Origin: Eubacteriales bacterium
Lineage (GTDB): Bacteria; Bacillota; Clostridia; Oscillospirales; CAG-272
Direction of reading: 5' to 3'
Length of the DNA stretch: 64,000 nt
Assembly: GCA_045602385.1 (NCBI GenBank)
Contig: JAZSBL010000042.1
Span: 1,722 to 65,721, forward strand
Below are positions 45,860 to 54,961 of the stretch, piece by piece. The notes below the pieces were generated by a model. It did no database searches and was not told the DNA's origin. It saw only the letters and a list, made by a program, of their open reading frames with translations. Numbering within the stretch: position 1 is the first letter of the stretch; each line of letters starts with the position of its first letter. Both the position numbers and the translations under genes were made by a program.

Positions 45860-46447
45860 TCAGGAATAAACCGCGCGTGCTCCACCGATAAATTTAGGTC
45901 TTGTATACGCGCATACTACGTTGGCTTCGCCTATTCTCTTGACCGAAAGTCTTATCGGGACTGCCACATCACGAAGATGCATTCCGATCAGGGTATCACC
46001 TATATCAATGCCCGCATGCGCCCTGACATGCTCTACCGCGCAAGGGTCGGTCATATTTTCATATGTGACCGTGGCAAATGAGCCGCCCGCCTTGGGCTGC
46101 GGGAGAACAGACACGATCTCGTATCCGTACTTCTCTGCGCATTCTCTCTCTAAGATGAGGGCGCGATTAAGGTGCTCACAGCACTGCGCGGCGAGATATA
46201 TCCCCTTGTCTCTCAAAACAGGATAGATCGCGTCAAAAAGGATCTTTGCGGCCTCATAGCTTGATCCTTTGCCTATCTTGTTGCCTATTATCTCTGAGGA
46301 GGAACAACCGATCACAAGGATCTGACCCGTCTTAAGGCTTGTGTTTTCGATAAGCTCCTTCACAAGGGTTTTTGCTGATTCATTTATCGTACGGGCGAGC
46401 TCTGTGTCTACAGAATTCTCTGCCCCTGCTAAATATTCTTTGTTCAT
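45860..46447 (-). CDS. TIGR01440/UPF0340 (YwlG-like) protein
   Basis: GCSSSE, QCCEHLNRAL, AGGS, GIDIGDT.IGMH, RPK.IGG.RA. Confidence 0.9.
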   Translation of the reverse strand: MNKEYLAGAENSVDTELARTINESAKTLVKELIENTSLKTGQILVIGCSSSEIIGNKIGKGSSYEAAKILFDAIYPVLRDKGIYLAAQCCEHLNRALILERECAEKYGYEIVSVLPQPKAGGSFATVTYENMTDPCAVEHVRAHAGIDIGDTLIGMHLRDVAVPIRLSVKRIGEANVVCAYTRPKFIGGARAVYS

Positions 46448-46469
46448 TTATATTTTGTCTCCGGTTAAA

Positions 46470-47642
46470 TTACCAATTATCCTCTCCGTTATCGGGTATG
46501 ACCTCTTTAAGCGCGGCAATAGCGCACTCTATCATATCGTCATCCGGCTCCTTAGTGGTTATCTTCTGAAGCCAAACGCCCGGCGCGGAAATAATACGTG
46601 TAAAGAGATTATCGTGTCTGCCCGCGATCTTGATAAGCTCATATCCCACTCCAACTATCAAGGGGAGCAAAAGGAGCTTTATAAGCACTCTTACTATCGT
46701 AATGGGTGTAAATCCGAATATGAGATAAAAAAGAGGGTCTATAAAGAAGGATATGAATATGCCCACGAGTATCATCAATATCAAAAAGCTTGTTCCGCAT
46801 CTGGGGTGAAATCTCTTCTGCTCTCTTACGTTCTCAACGGTAAGCTCAAGTCCCGCCTCATAGCAGAATATCGCCTTGTGCTCTGCACCGTGGTACATAA
46901 AGGTACGCTTAATATCCTTCATAAGCGATACCAGAGCCATATAGCCTACGAGTATTACTATCTTAAGCACTCCCTCAAAGACAGACTTTATAAGCGACTG
47001 TATTGCGGGATTCTCATTATTCAAAAACGGCATTACGTAGGTCGCGCCCCTATAAATATATGTCGGCAGCACGATGAACAACAACACCGAGAATGCAATT
47101 CCCAAAATCACGCTGAATGCAAGCACCGCAGTTATTGCCGCGGAGGATTCTTTCTTTTTTCCCTTTGTTTCGGTCTCCTCTGCCTTTTCGGGCTCGGCAT
47201 CCTCGACTGCAGCATCGGGTGCAATGCTCTCATCTTGTGGAGTAACGGCATCACTCTCTGCAGCAATATCATCTGAAACGGCAACATTCTTTCTTGCTGC
47301 CTTCTTTGCGGCTTTCTTTGCCTTCTTCTCTTCCTTCTCGCGTCTAAGCTCCTCTTCGGCATCCTCAAGGCCCGCTATCTCCGCTGATCGCATGAGGCTC
47401 TTTGTTCCGATAACCATAGAGTCGATATAATTAAAGACTCCTCGGACTACGGGAAGCTTAAAGAATTTTGCGCGCTTGGCAACCGACGTGGGGGAGGTTT
47501 CAATGACTATCTCACCCTTCGGATTTCTGACCGCCATTGCGGTTGTTTGCGGACCGCGCATCATAATTCCCTCCATAAGCGCTTGACCGCCTATGGACGT
47601 TTTTTTATTGCACGAGATCCGGCATTTTTTTTCTTTCTTCAT
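46470..47642 (-). CDS. DUF1385 membrane protein
   Basis: IGGQA..EGIMM, YHGAEHK, HPRCGTSF, LQ.ITTKEP. Confidence 0.9.
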   Translation of the reverse strand: MKKEKKCRISCNKKTSIGGQALMEGIMMRGPQTTAMAVRNPKGEIVIETSPTSVAKRAKFFKLPVVRGVFNYIDSMVIGTKSLMRSAEIAGLEDAEEELRREKEEKKAKKAAKKAARKNVAVSDDIAAESDAVTPQDESIAPDAAVEDAEPEKAEETETKGKKKESSAAITAVLAFSVILGIAFSVLLFIVLPTYIYRGATYVMPFLNNENPAIQSLIKSVFEGVLKIVILVGYMALVSLMKDIKRTFMYHGAEHKAIFCYEAGLELTVENVREQKRFHPRCGTSFLILMILVGIFISFFIDPLFYLIFGFTPITIVRVLIKLLLLPLIVGVGYELIKIAGRHDNLFTRIISAPGVWLQKITTKEPDDDMIECAIAALKEVIPDNGEDNW

Positions 47643-47735
47643 CTATCTGAAGTTTCCTTTCAGTATCCTATAAAATAGCCTTACGGCTACATAACACCGC
47701 AAAGAGATCTCTGCGGTGTTGAAAAAGTAGTATTA

Positions 47736-48863
47736 TTATTTACCTGCTTGTATTTCAGCTCTGTGCTTTGCAACAATTGCGTTGATGCGCTTTGCGGGAT
47801 CAAGCAACTCGCTGATGGTAGCATCATGATTAAGCGTGTCTATAATGTAGGACACATACTTACACATATTGACCTCAACGTGCCAGGGCTTTTCCTTAAG
47901 TCCGGGACGGCTGTATACGAGGTTTGTGGTAAATACCTTGCAGATAGTACCGTCCTCATATGCCTTATCAAATTTCTCGAAGCCGTCGGTAAAGAGTCCG
48001 AAGGTTGAGAATGCGAATATTCTCTTGGCTCCTCTCGATTTGAGCTGGGAGCAAACATCAAGCATGGACTCACCTGACGAGATCATATCGTCTACTACGA
48101 TAACGTCCTTGCCTGTGAGATCCTGTCCGAGGTACTCATGAGCCTCGATGGGGTTCTTTCCGTTAATGATAACGGAGTAGTTACGGCGCTTATAGAACAT
48201 ACCGATATCGATTCCGAGAACAGACGAATAGTACATGCATCTGCCCATAGCGCCCTCGTCGGGAGAGATCATCATGAGGTGCTCCTTATCAATCTCGATG
48301 TCGGGAACGCTCTTTATAAGTGCCTTTATCATCTGGTAGGATGGTCTTACGTTGTCAAAGCCGGAAAGCGGGATAGCGTTGCAGACTCTGGGGTCGTGAG
48401 CGTCAAATGTGATAAGATTTGATACTCCCATGGAAACAAGCTCCTGGAGCATGATTGCGCAGTCAAGAGACTCTCTGGTGGATCTCTTATGCTGTCTGCC
48501 CTCGTAAAGCATCGGCATGATTACCGTGATTCTTCTTGCCTTACCTGCTATTGCAGAAATAATTCTCTTGAGGTCAGCATAGTGGTCATCGGGGCTCATC
48601 GGTACAGTCTGGCCGTACATACGATATGTAACTCCGTAATTGAAAACGTCACAAATAATGTAAACGTCCTGACCGCGCATTGAGTGGTGGATCAGTCCCT
48701 TGCCCTCACCTGTGCCGAATCTGGGGCAAAGCGCCTCAACAAGATATGTATCCTCACTTGTGTGTCTACGCCACTCCTTAAGGTAGTTATCTACCTGCTG
48801 CGCGAATGCCTCGCAGCCTCTCATTCCGATCACGCTTAACTCTGCAAACAGTGCATCCTTCAT
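47736..48863 (-). CDS. prs: Ribose-phosphate pyrophosphokinase
   Basis: F..GEGK, RQH, DAH, SPDEG, VVDDMISSG PRPP-binding motif. Confidence 0.9.
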   Translation of the reverse strand: MKDALFAELSVIGMRGCEAFAQQVDNYLKEWRRHTSEDTYLVEALCPRFGTGEGKGLIHHSMRGQDVYIICDVFNYGVTYRMYGQTVPMSPDDHYADLKRIISAIAGKARRITVIMPMLYEGRQHKRSTRESLDCAIMLQELVSMGVSNLITFDAHDPRVCNAIPLSGFDNVRPSYQMIKALIKSVPDIEIDKEHLMMISPDEGAMGRCMYYSSVLGIDIGMFYKRRNYSVIINGKNPIEAHEYLGQDLTGKDVIVVDDMISSGESMLDVCSQLKSRGAKRIFAFSTFGLFTDGFEKFDKAYEDGTICKVFTTNLVYSRPGLKEKPWHVEVNMCKYVSYIIDTLNHDATISELLDPAKRINAIVAKHRAEIQAGK

Positions 48864-48910
48864 TTTTTGCTCCTCCCAAATGATTGCTGAAATATTTTAT
48901 GCCTATCCTA

Positions 48911-50392
48911 TCAAACTATCTGCGCAAGCTTGCAAAATCTCTCGTATGCGCAGTCCCACGCTTCTCTCTGCTTGGTGGGCTCATAGTGCTTAAGCTCTGT
49001 GGAGTTTGCGATAACCTCGCGTGCCTCGCTGAGGTTTGCAATCTCGCCCGCTGCAATTGCCTGCATTACGATATTACCCATTGCAGTTGCCTCTTCAGGA
49101 CCTGCGCAAACGGGTATGCCGCATGCATCGGCGGTCATTTGTGACAGGAACTTATCCTTTGTTCCGCCGCCTACAACGTTGATCATAGATGCCTTCTTGC
49201 CCCTGAGTGTTTCAAGGGTCTCTACGGTATATCTATACTTAAGTGCAAGAGATTCATAGATGCAACGTACTACCTCGCCTACGGTTTCGGGCACGTGCTG
49301 GCCTGTAATTCTGCAGAATTCACGAATCTTCTCGGGCATATTTCCGGGAGTATTGAATGTGTGGTAGTCGGGATTGATGAGCGATGCGAAGGGCTTTGCC
49401 TCCTTTGCCCAGTTTTCCATCTGTGCGAAGCTATATTCGTTGCCCTCACGCTTCCACTGTCTTCTCGACTCTTGAATGATCCAGAGGCCCATAATGTTCT
49501 TGAGGAATCTTATGGTTCCCATCGCGCCGCCCTCGTTGGTGAAGTTAGCGATTCTGGTCTCGTCGGTAATGAGCGGCTCGTCTATCTCTGCGCCCATAAG
49601 CGACCATGTTCCGCTGGATATGTAGATGAAATCCTTGTTCTGTGCGGGAACCGAAATTACCGCGCTGGCGGTATCGTGCGATGCAACGTTAACGACCTTG
49701 ATATTGTTCTTACCAACCTCCTCGTTGATCTGAGGAAGAAGTGCGCCGAGATCGTTACACGGCATTACGAGCGGAGCAAAGAGCGAACGGTTGATACCAA
49801 GCTTATCGGTAAGCTCGTATGCGAATTCCCTCTTCTTTGCATCGAGGAGCATTCCCGTTGACGCTATCGTATACTCGGTTGCCATCTGACCTGTCAAGAA
49901 GTAATTGAGAAGGTCGGGAGTCATCAGCATTTTATCCGCGCGCTCAAGGAGTGCGGGGTCGTCACGCTTCTCTGCGGCAAGCTGGTTGATCGTATTGAAA
50001 TCAGCCGCCTGTATACCGGTAACTCTGTATATCTCCTCAGGAGATACGAACTGCTTTACATAGTCGGTAATATTAACCGTTCTGGTATCACGGTAATGTG
50101 TGGGGTTAGCCATCATTCTTCCGTTCTTGTCGATGAGTGCGTAGTCAACTCCCCATGTGTCAATACCCATTGACGAGATATTCTCCTTGTCAATGACGGT
50201 CTTTGTGATAGAATTCTTTATCTCAAAGAATATTCTCAAAATATCCCATGTAAATCTTCCGTTTACAAATACGGGATCGTTCGAAAATCTGTGGTTTTCA
50301 CGAAGCACAAGTTTGTTACCGTCGAATGAACCGATTATGCCTCTTCCGCTGGACGCTCCGAGGTCGATTGCAAGCATTTTAAGTTCAGCCAT
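48911..50392 (-). CDS. rhaB: Rhamnulokinase (FGGY family)
   Basis: LAIDLGASSGR, DTWGVD, SHDTASA, SSGTWSL, TNEGG, KNIMGLW. Confidence 0.85.
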   Translation of the reverse strand: MAELKMLAIDLGASSGRGIIGSFDGNKLVLRENHRFSNDPVFVNGRFTWDILRIFFEIKNSITKTVIDKENISSMGIDTWGVDYALIDKNGRMMANPTHYRDTRTVNITDYVKQFVSPEEIYRVTGIQAADFNTINQLAAEKRDDPALLERADKMLMTPDLLNYFLTGQMATEYTIASTGMLLDAKKREFAYELTDKLGINRSLFAPLVMPCNDLGALLPQINEEVGKNNIKVVNVASHDTASAVISVPAQNKDFIYISSGTWSLMGAEIDEPLITDETRIANFTNEGGAMGTIRFLKNIMGLWIIQESRRQWKREGNEYSFAQMENWAKEAKPFASLINPDYHTFNTPGNMPEKIREFCRITGQHVPETVGEVVRCIYESLALKYRYTVETLETLRGKKASMINVVGGGTKDKFLSQMTADACGIPVCAGPEEATAMGNIVMQAIAAGEIANLSEAREVIANSTELKHYEPTKQREAWDCAYERFCKLAQIV

Positions 50393-50535
50393 AATTCCCT
50401 CCCAAAAAGTTGAAAGCGTATGCCATTATCATACTCCATATATTATAACACATATAAATCGTATTTGTATTAACAAACTGTTAAAAACCCATTTTGTTAC
50501 AAACATTTTTCGGCATTTTTTATTTCGACTTTTTT

Positions 50536-50563
50536 CACTATTATCCGCCGACATCATAAAATA
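50536..50563 (+). promoter_or_regulatory. sigmaK-like promoter of dpaAB
   Basis: cAC-16 bp-CATAaaaTA; spoVF is sigmaK-dependent in B. subtilis. Confidence 0.6.
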
Positions 50564-50611
50564 GTAGTGAGACCATTTTTACAAGTCCACAAGTTCGGGA
50601 GAATCAACAAT

Positions 50612-51511
50612 ATGTCAAACAAATATACATTTTCTGTGATCGGCGGCGATCACAGGCAGGTCACAATTATAAAAAAGCTACTATCACTCGGTCATCGCGT
50701 CAAGATCTTTTCGTTCGGCGCGACAATTGAGTGCATTACAGGCGCGGAGATAACCTCATCAGCCGAAAAGGCTCTTGCCGGATGCGATGTTCTCCTTCTT
50801 CCCTTACCAATGAGCCGCGATGGGATAAATATTAATCTTACATCACCCGATCAGGCGGTCAAAGCTGCGTCTCTTTTCGCACTGATTTCAAGGAAAGATA
50901 AGCCTCTCGTTTTAGGCGGAATGGTATCCAATGAAGCACGCGAGCGGTTAGGCAACAACGGCATAGAGGTGATCGATTATTATAAAAACGATGTTCTTCA
51001 GCAAAAGAATGCACTGCCAAGCGCAGAGGGCGCGATTATGGTGGCAATGGAAAATACCGACAGGGTCATTGAAGGCATGAAGGCTCTCGTGTGCGGATAC
51101 GGACGTATCGGCAAGATCCTCTCTCAAAAGCTAAAGCTTCTCGGCGCAGACGTATCCGTTGCCGCGCGCAGAGATGAGGTCTTATGCGAAATCGCAATGG
51201 GTGGATTTAGCCCCGTGGATCTAAGATCGACTGATGGACTTCTTGGCGCATCTAAAAACTCGGATGTTATTTTCAACACGATCCCGATGCAGATCTTCAC
51301 AAAGCACGTAATCGATAAAATAGAAGCAGATCCCCTTTACATCGAGATAGCGTCATCGCCCGGCGGCATAGACCTTCAAGCGGCACGCGAGCGCGGTATG
51401 AGATTGATCTTCGCTCCATCTCTACCCGGTAAATACGCTCCAGCCAGCGCGGGGGATTACATTTTTGAGACGGTAAAAGATATTCTTGACAAACGAGGTA
51501 TGAATATATGA
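50612..51511 (+). CDS. dpaA: Dipicolinate synthase subunit A
   Basis: VIGGD.RQ, N..PSAEGA, GYGRIG, NTIP, AS.PGG, SLPGK; start set at ATG 50612. Confidence 0.88.
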   Translation: MSNKYTFSVIGGDHRQVTIIKKLLSLGHRVKIFSFGATIECITGAEITSSAEKALAGCDVLLLPLPMSRDGININLTSPDQAVKAASLFALISRKDKPLVLGGMVSNEARERLGNNGIEVIDYYKNDVLQQKNALPSAEGAIMVAMENTDRVIEGMKALVCGYGRIGKILSQKLKLLGADVSVAARRDEVLCEIAMGGFSPVDLRSTDGLLGASKNSDVIFNTIPMQIFTKHVIDKIEADPLYIEIASSPGGIDLQAARERGMRLIFAPSLPGKYAPASAGDYIFETVKDILDKRGMNI

Positions 51512-52068
51512 TAGGCTACGCTTTATGTGGTTCGTTCTGCACCTTCAAGGCATCCACAGAAGCTCTTTTAAGCTTGAAGGATAAATACGGAGATATAGTC
51601 CCCATTATGAGCTTTAATGCTTACTGCACCGATACTCGGTTCGGTGGACATGACGAATGGATAGAAAAAATAGAGGGGATATGTGGAAACAAGATTATCC
51701 ATACGATACACGATGCAGAGCCGCTGGGGCCCAAAATCGCCCTTGATGCTCTGATTATTGCACCGTGCACGGGAAATACTCTCGCAAAGCTTGCAAACGG
51801 AATTACCGACACCCCCGTATGCATGGCGGCGAAGGCCCATCTTCGCTCTGATCGGCCGCTTGTTATTGCCCTTGCATCAAACGATGCCATGAGCGCAAAC
51901 CTTGGAAATATCGCAAAGCTGCTATTGCGGAAAAACATATATTTCGTCCCCATGCTTCAGGATGACCCGATAAAAAAGCCCCACTCTCTTGTTGCGGATT
52001 TTTCGCTTCTTGAGAAAACGCTTGAGGGTGCGCTTTCGGGTAAGCAGATAAGAAAGCTATTTCTCTGA
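51508..52068 (+). CDS. dpaB: Dipicolinate synthase subunit B
   Basis: CGSFCTF, DTRFG, APCTGNTLAK, QDDP.KKP.SL. Confidence 0.92.
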   Translation: MIGYALCGSFCTFKASTEALLSLKDKYGDIVPIMSFNAYCTDTRFGGHDEWIEKIEGICGNKIIHTIHDAEPLGPKIALDALIIAPCTGNTLAKLANGITDTPVCMAAKAHLRSDRPLVIALASNDAMSANLGNIAKLLLRKNIYFVPMLQDDPIKKPHSLVADFSLLEKTLEGALSGKQIRKLFL

Positions 52069-52081
52069 TAAAACAAAAAAC

Positions 52082-52107
52082 GGCACAAGCGCATTTGCGC
52101 TTGTGCC
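52082..52107. terminator. Terminator between convergent genes
   Basis: GGCACAAGCGCA/TGCGCTTGTGCC. Confidence 0.7.
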
Positions 52108-52114
52108 ATGTTCT

Positions 52115-53068
52115 TTATACTATTCGGTTGCGTGATTCGCCCTTCAAATATGCCTCGATGTTTTTAACGGTCTCGTTGCAGCAGCGCACGCGCGCCTCGT
52201 ATGATCCCCACGCCATATGCGGTGTGAGGAGCACGTTATCACGTCCCGCAATCGACGCATAAGGATGATCATTTGGAAAGGGCTCGACAGAATAAACGTC
52301 TACTCCCACTCCGCCTATCCTTCCTTCAATTACCGCGTCGGCAACTGCGGCTTCATCAACCACCGCGCCCCTTGCTACGTTGATAAGGATAGCATCCCTC
52401 TTCATCATAGCAACACGCTCGCGATTTATAAGATTGCGTGTTCCGTCATTTAAAGGTGTGTGAATACTGATAATATCCGAATTTGCGCATAGTGTATCGA
52501 TATCAACGCACTCCGCGCCAGCAACCGGTGTACGCTTATATACCATCACCTTACAGCCAAGCGCCTCGGCAACACGGGCAACCTGCTTGCCTATATTTCC
52601 GTATCCGACTATTCCCCACGTCTTACCGTATATCTCATGGTATACGGGGGTGAGAATATTCGCACTCGTTCCGCGAGAGTAAGTACCGTCGGCAACAAGT
52701 CGGTTATACTCGTTGAGATGGCATATCAAAGACAAAGCCATAGACACCGTAAGCTGGGCTACGTTCTGCGTGGAATAACCCACAACATTACATACCGCAA
52801 TTCCGTTTTCCCTGCAATAATCAAGATCGATATTATCGAATCCCGTAGCGGTTTCACATATAAGCTTTACGCTTTTACACTCCGAAAGATTATGTCTGCC
52901 GACCTTGATCTTATTGAGAATTATAACGTCACTGTCGGCAACGTTTTTCGCAAAGTCCTCGGCGGATGTATTCATAAATATCCGAAGCTCTCCGAATCTC
53001 TCAAACATTGAAAGGTCAATATCCGAGCCAAGTGTTGCGGAATCCAAAACTGTAAGCTTAAGTGACAT
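52115..53068 (-). CDS. D-2-hydroxyacid dehydrogenase (glycerate dehydrogenase-like)
   Basis: ATG.DNID, GIVGYGNIG, H.PL, INVARG, DVY..EP, TPHMAW. Confidence 0.9.
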   Translation of the reverse strand: MSLKLTVLDSATLGSDIDLSMFERFGELRIFMNTSAEDFAKNVADSDVIILNKIKVGRHNLSECKSVKLICETATGFDNIDLDYCRENGIAVCNVVGYSTQNVAQLTVSMALSLICHLNEYNRLVADGTYSRGTSANILTPVYHEIYGKTWGIVGYGNIGKQVARVAEALGCKVMVYKRTPVAGAECVDIDTLCANSDIISIHTPLNDGTRNLINRERVAMMKRDAILINVARGAVVDEAAVADAVIEGRIGGVGVDVYSVEPFPNDHPYASIAGRDNVLLTPHMAWGSYEARVRCCNETVKNIEAYLKGESRNRIV

Positions 53069-53301
53069 TATGCCTCACCCTCTGCCTTATATTCATCATC
53101 CGATTCAAATTCTACGTCAGAAAGCTTTTCTTCCAAGATGGCGCGGATCTCGTCTTCGATCTCTGCCTCTCTCTGCTTCTCGGCTTCTGCTCTCTTTTTA
53201 AGCATTGCAAGCATTGCACCGATTGCGGCTATTGCGGCAACCACTCCAGCAGCTAAGAAAATCAGCTTGCGAAGATTATTCTTCTTTTTTGTTCTTTTCA
53301 T
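53068..53301 (-). CDS. Small single-TM protein with an acidic coiled-coil tail
   Basis: Basic N-terminus, TM, E-rich C-terminus; in an operon with uxaC. Confidence 0.6.
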   Translation of the reverse strand: MKRTKKKNNLRKLIFLAAGVVAAIAAIGAMLAMLKKRAEAEKQREAEIEDEIRAILEEKLSDVEFESDDEYKAEGEA

Positions 53302-53333
53302 ATTTTAAAACTCCGTTTGTTCAAAATTTAAAC

Positions 53334-54755
53334 TCAGTTGTCAACCTTGAATCCGAAATAGTTTACTGTGTTGTAGTAGGATATACGCTCAACGATCTCT
53401 GCAGCAGCATCGTAATCGGGATAAAGTCCCTTTTCAACCCATTCTCCGATAATGTTGCAAAGAATTCTGCGGAAATACTCGTGTCTGGGGTAAGACATGA
53501 AGCTACGGGAGTCGGTGAGCATTCCGAGGAAGTTACCGAGGGATGCGAGGTTACCGAAGCTCTTCATCTGAGCCTCCATACCGTCAATGTTATCATTGAA
53601 CCACCATCCGCTGCCCTGTACCACTGTGGGCTTGTTGCTTCCGTCTCCGCGGCAGAAGCTTCCGCAAAGAGTTCCTACAGCCGCGTTATCTGCGGGATTG
53701 ATGGGGTAAATTATCGTTCTGGGAAGCGCCTCGTTCTCCTGGAGATAATTGAGGAGCTGTGCCATATCAGCTATGCAGTTCTGCGCGTGGATCGTATCGT
53801 ATCCGGAGTCGGGGCCGAGCTTTGCAAACATAGTCTTGTTGGGATTTCTCAATACACCGTAGTGAAGCTGAAGCACCCAACCGCGCTTTACATATTCAAG
53901 TCCGAAAAATCTCATCATCTGAGTCTTCCAAAGCGCAAGCTCGTTTTCGGTAATTCCCTCGCCGTCGTTGGCAAGAGCCTTTTTGAATATCTCGTTTGCA
54001 TGATATGCGTCGGGCTTGCAGAAAGGAATGTAATTGTCCATTCCGTGGTCAGCCGTTAAGCATCCGAGTGCAGCAAATCTATCAAGAGAAACCTGATATG
54101 CCTTGCAAAGGCTATCAAGGTCGGTGATCTCAACGCCTGTGCTCTTTGCAAGCGACTGAATATACGCGGTGATCCCGCGTCTTTCGATATTAAGACCCTT
54201 ATCTGGACGAAATGCGGGAAGAACCTGAACCTCAAAGCCCGAAGCCTTGATCTCTGCATGGTAATGGAGATCGTCGATCGGGTCGTCGGTCGTGCATACG
54301 AGCTTAACGTTAGAATTTACGATGTAGTCACGTGCTCCCCAATTATCCTTTGCGATCTTCTCGGATGTGATCTCCCAGATCTTCTGACAGTTCGCGCTAT
54401 TGATGGTAAGCTCACAATCAAAGTATCTGCGAAGCTCAAGGTGGCTCCAATGATATACGGGGTTGCCTATAAGAAGAGGCATGATACGGCAGTACTCGCT
54501 GAACTTTTCAAAGTCAGAAGCGTCTCCCGTGATATATTTCTCATCAACTCCGCAGGAGCGCATTGCTCTCCACTTATAGTGGTCTGCATAGAGCCAAAGC
54601 TCGGTTATATTGGTAAACTTCTTGTTCTCCGCAATCTCCGCAGGCACGAGGTGGCAATGGTAGTCTATTACAGGCAGCTTTGCCGCATGCTCGTGATAAA
54701 GCTTTTGGGCTGTGGGTGTTTCAAGAAGAAAATCCTTATCCATAAATTTTTTCAT
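53334..54755 (-). CDS. uxaC: Uronate isomerase
   Basis: IDYHCH, DHYKWR.MR, CTTDDP, WWFND, GMLTDSRSF.SY.RHEYFRR. Confidence 0.96.
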   Translation of the reverse strand: MKKFMDKDFLLETPTAQKLYHEHAAKLPVIDYHCHLVPAEIAENKKFTNITELWLYADHYKWRAMRSCGVDEKYITGDASDFEKFSEYCRIMPLLIGNPVYHWSHLELRRYFDCELTINSANCQKIWEITSEKIAKDNWGARDYIVNSNVKLVCTTDDPIDDLHYHAEIKASGFEVQVLPAFRPDKGLNIERRGITAYIQSLAKSTGVEITDLDSLCKAYQVSLDRFAALGCLTADHGMDNYIPFCKPDAYHANEIFKKALANDGEGITENELALWKTQMMRFFGLEYVKRGWVLQLHYGVLRNPNKTMFAKLGPDSGYDTIHAQNCIADMAQLLNYLQENEALPRTIIYPINPADNAAVGTLCGSFCRGDGSNKPTVVQGSGWWFNDNIDGMEAQMKSFGNLASLGNFLGMLTDSRSFMSYPRHEYFRRILCNIIGEWVEKGLYPDYDAAAEIVERISYYNTVNYFGFKVDN

Positions 54756-54868
54756 GTTGTTTTACCTCTGTGTAAAATTTAGTTAAGTATATTCTATCAC
54801 AACTTGACCCCTTTTTCAAGTATATTAATACATTTTAAGTCGTTTTTTTACAGCAATATAAGTTTTTA

Positions 54869-54897
54869 TTGACACGCTGAGCTTTCTGTGGTATAAT
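54869..54897 (+). promoter_or_regulatory. sigmaA promoter
   Basis: TTGACA-17 bp-TATAAT with extended TG. Confidence 0.8.
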
Positions 54898-54961
54898 TTA
54901 TGCGTTAAAATGTGTAAAAAACGAGCCGACATACAGTCTGCTCATTACGGAAGGATAGAAA

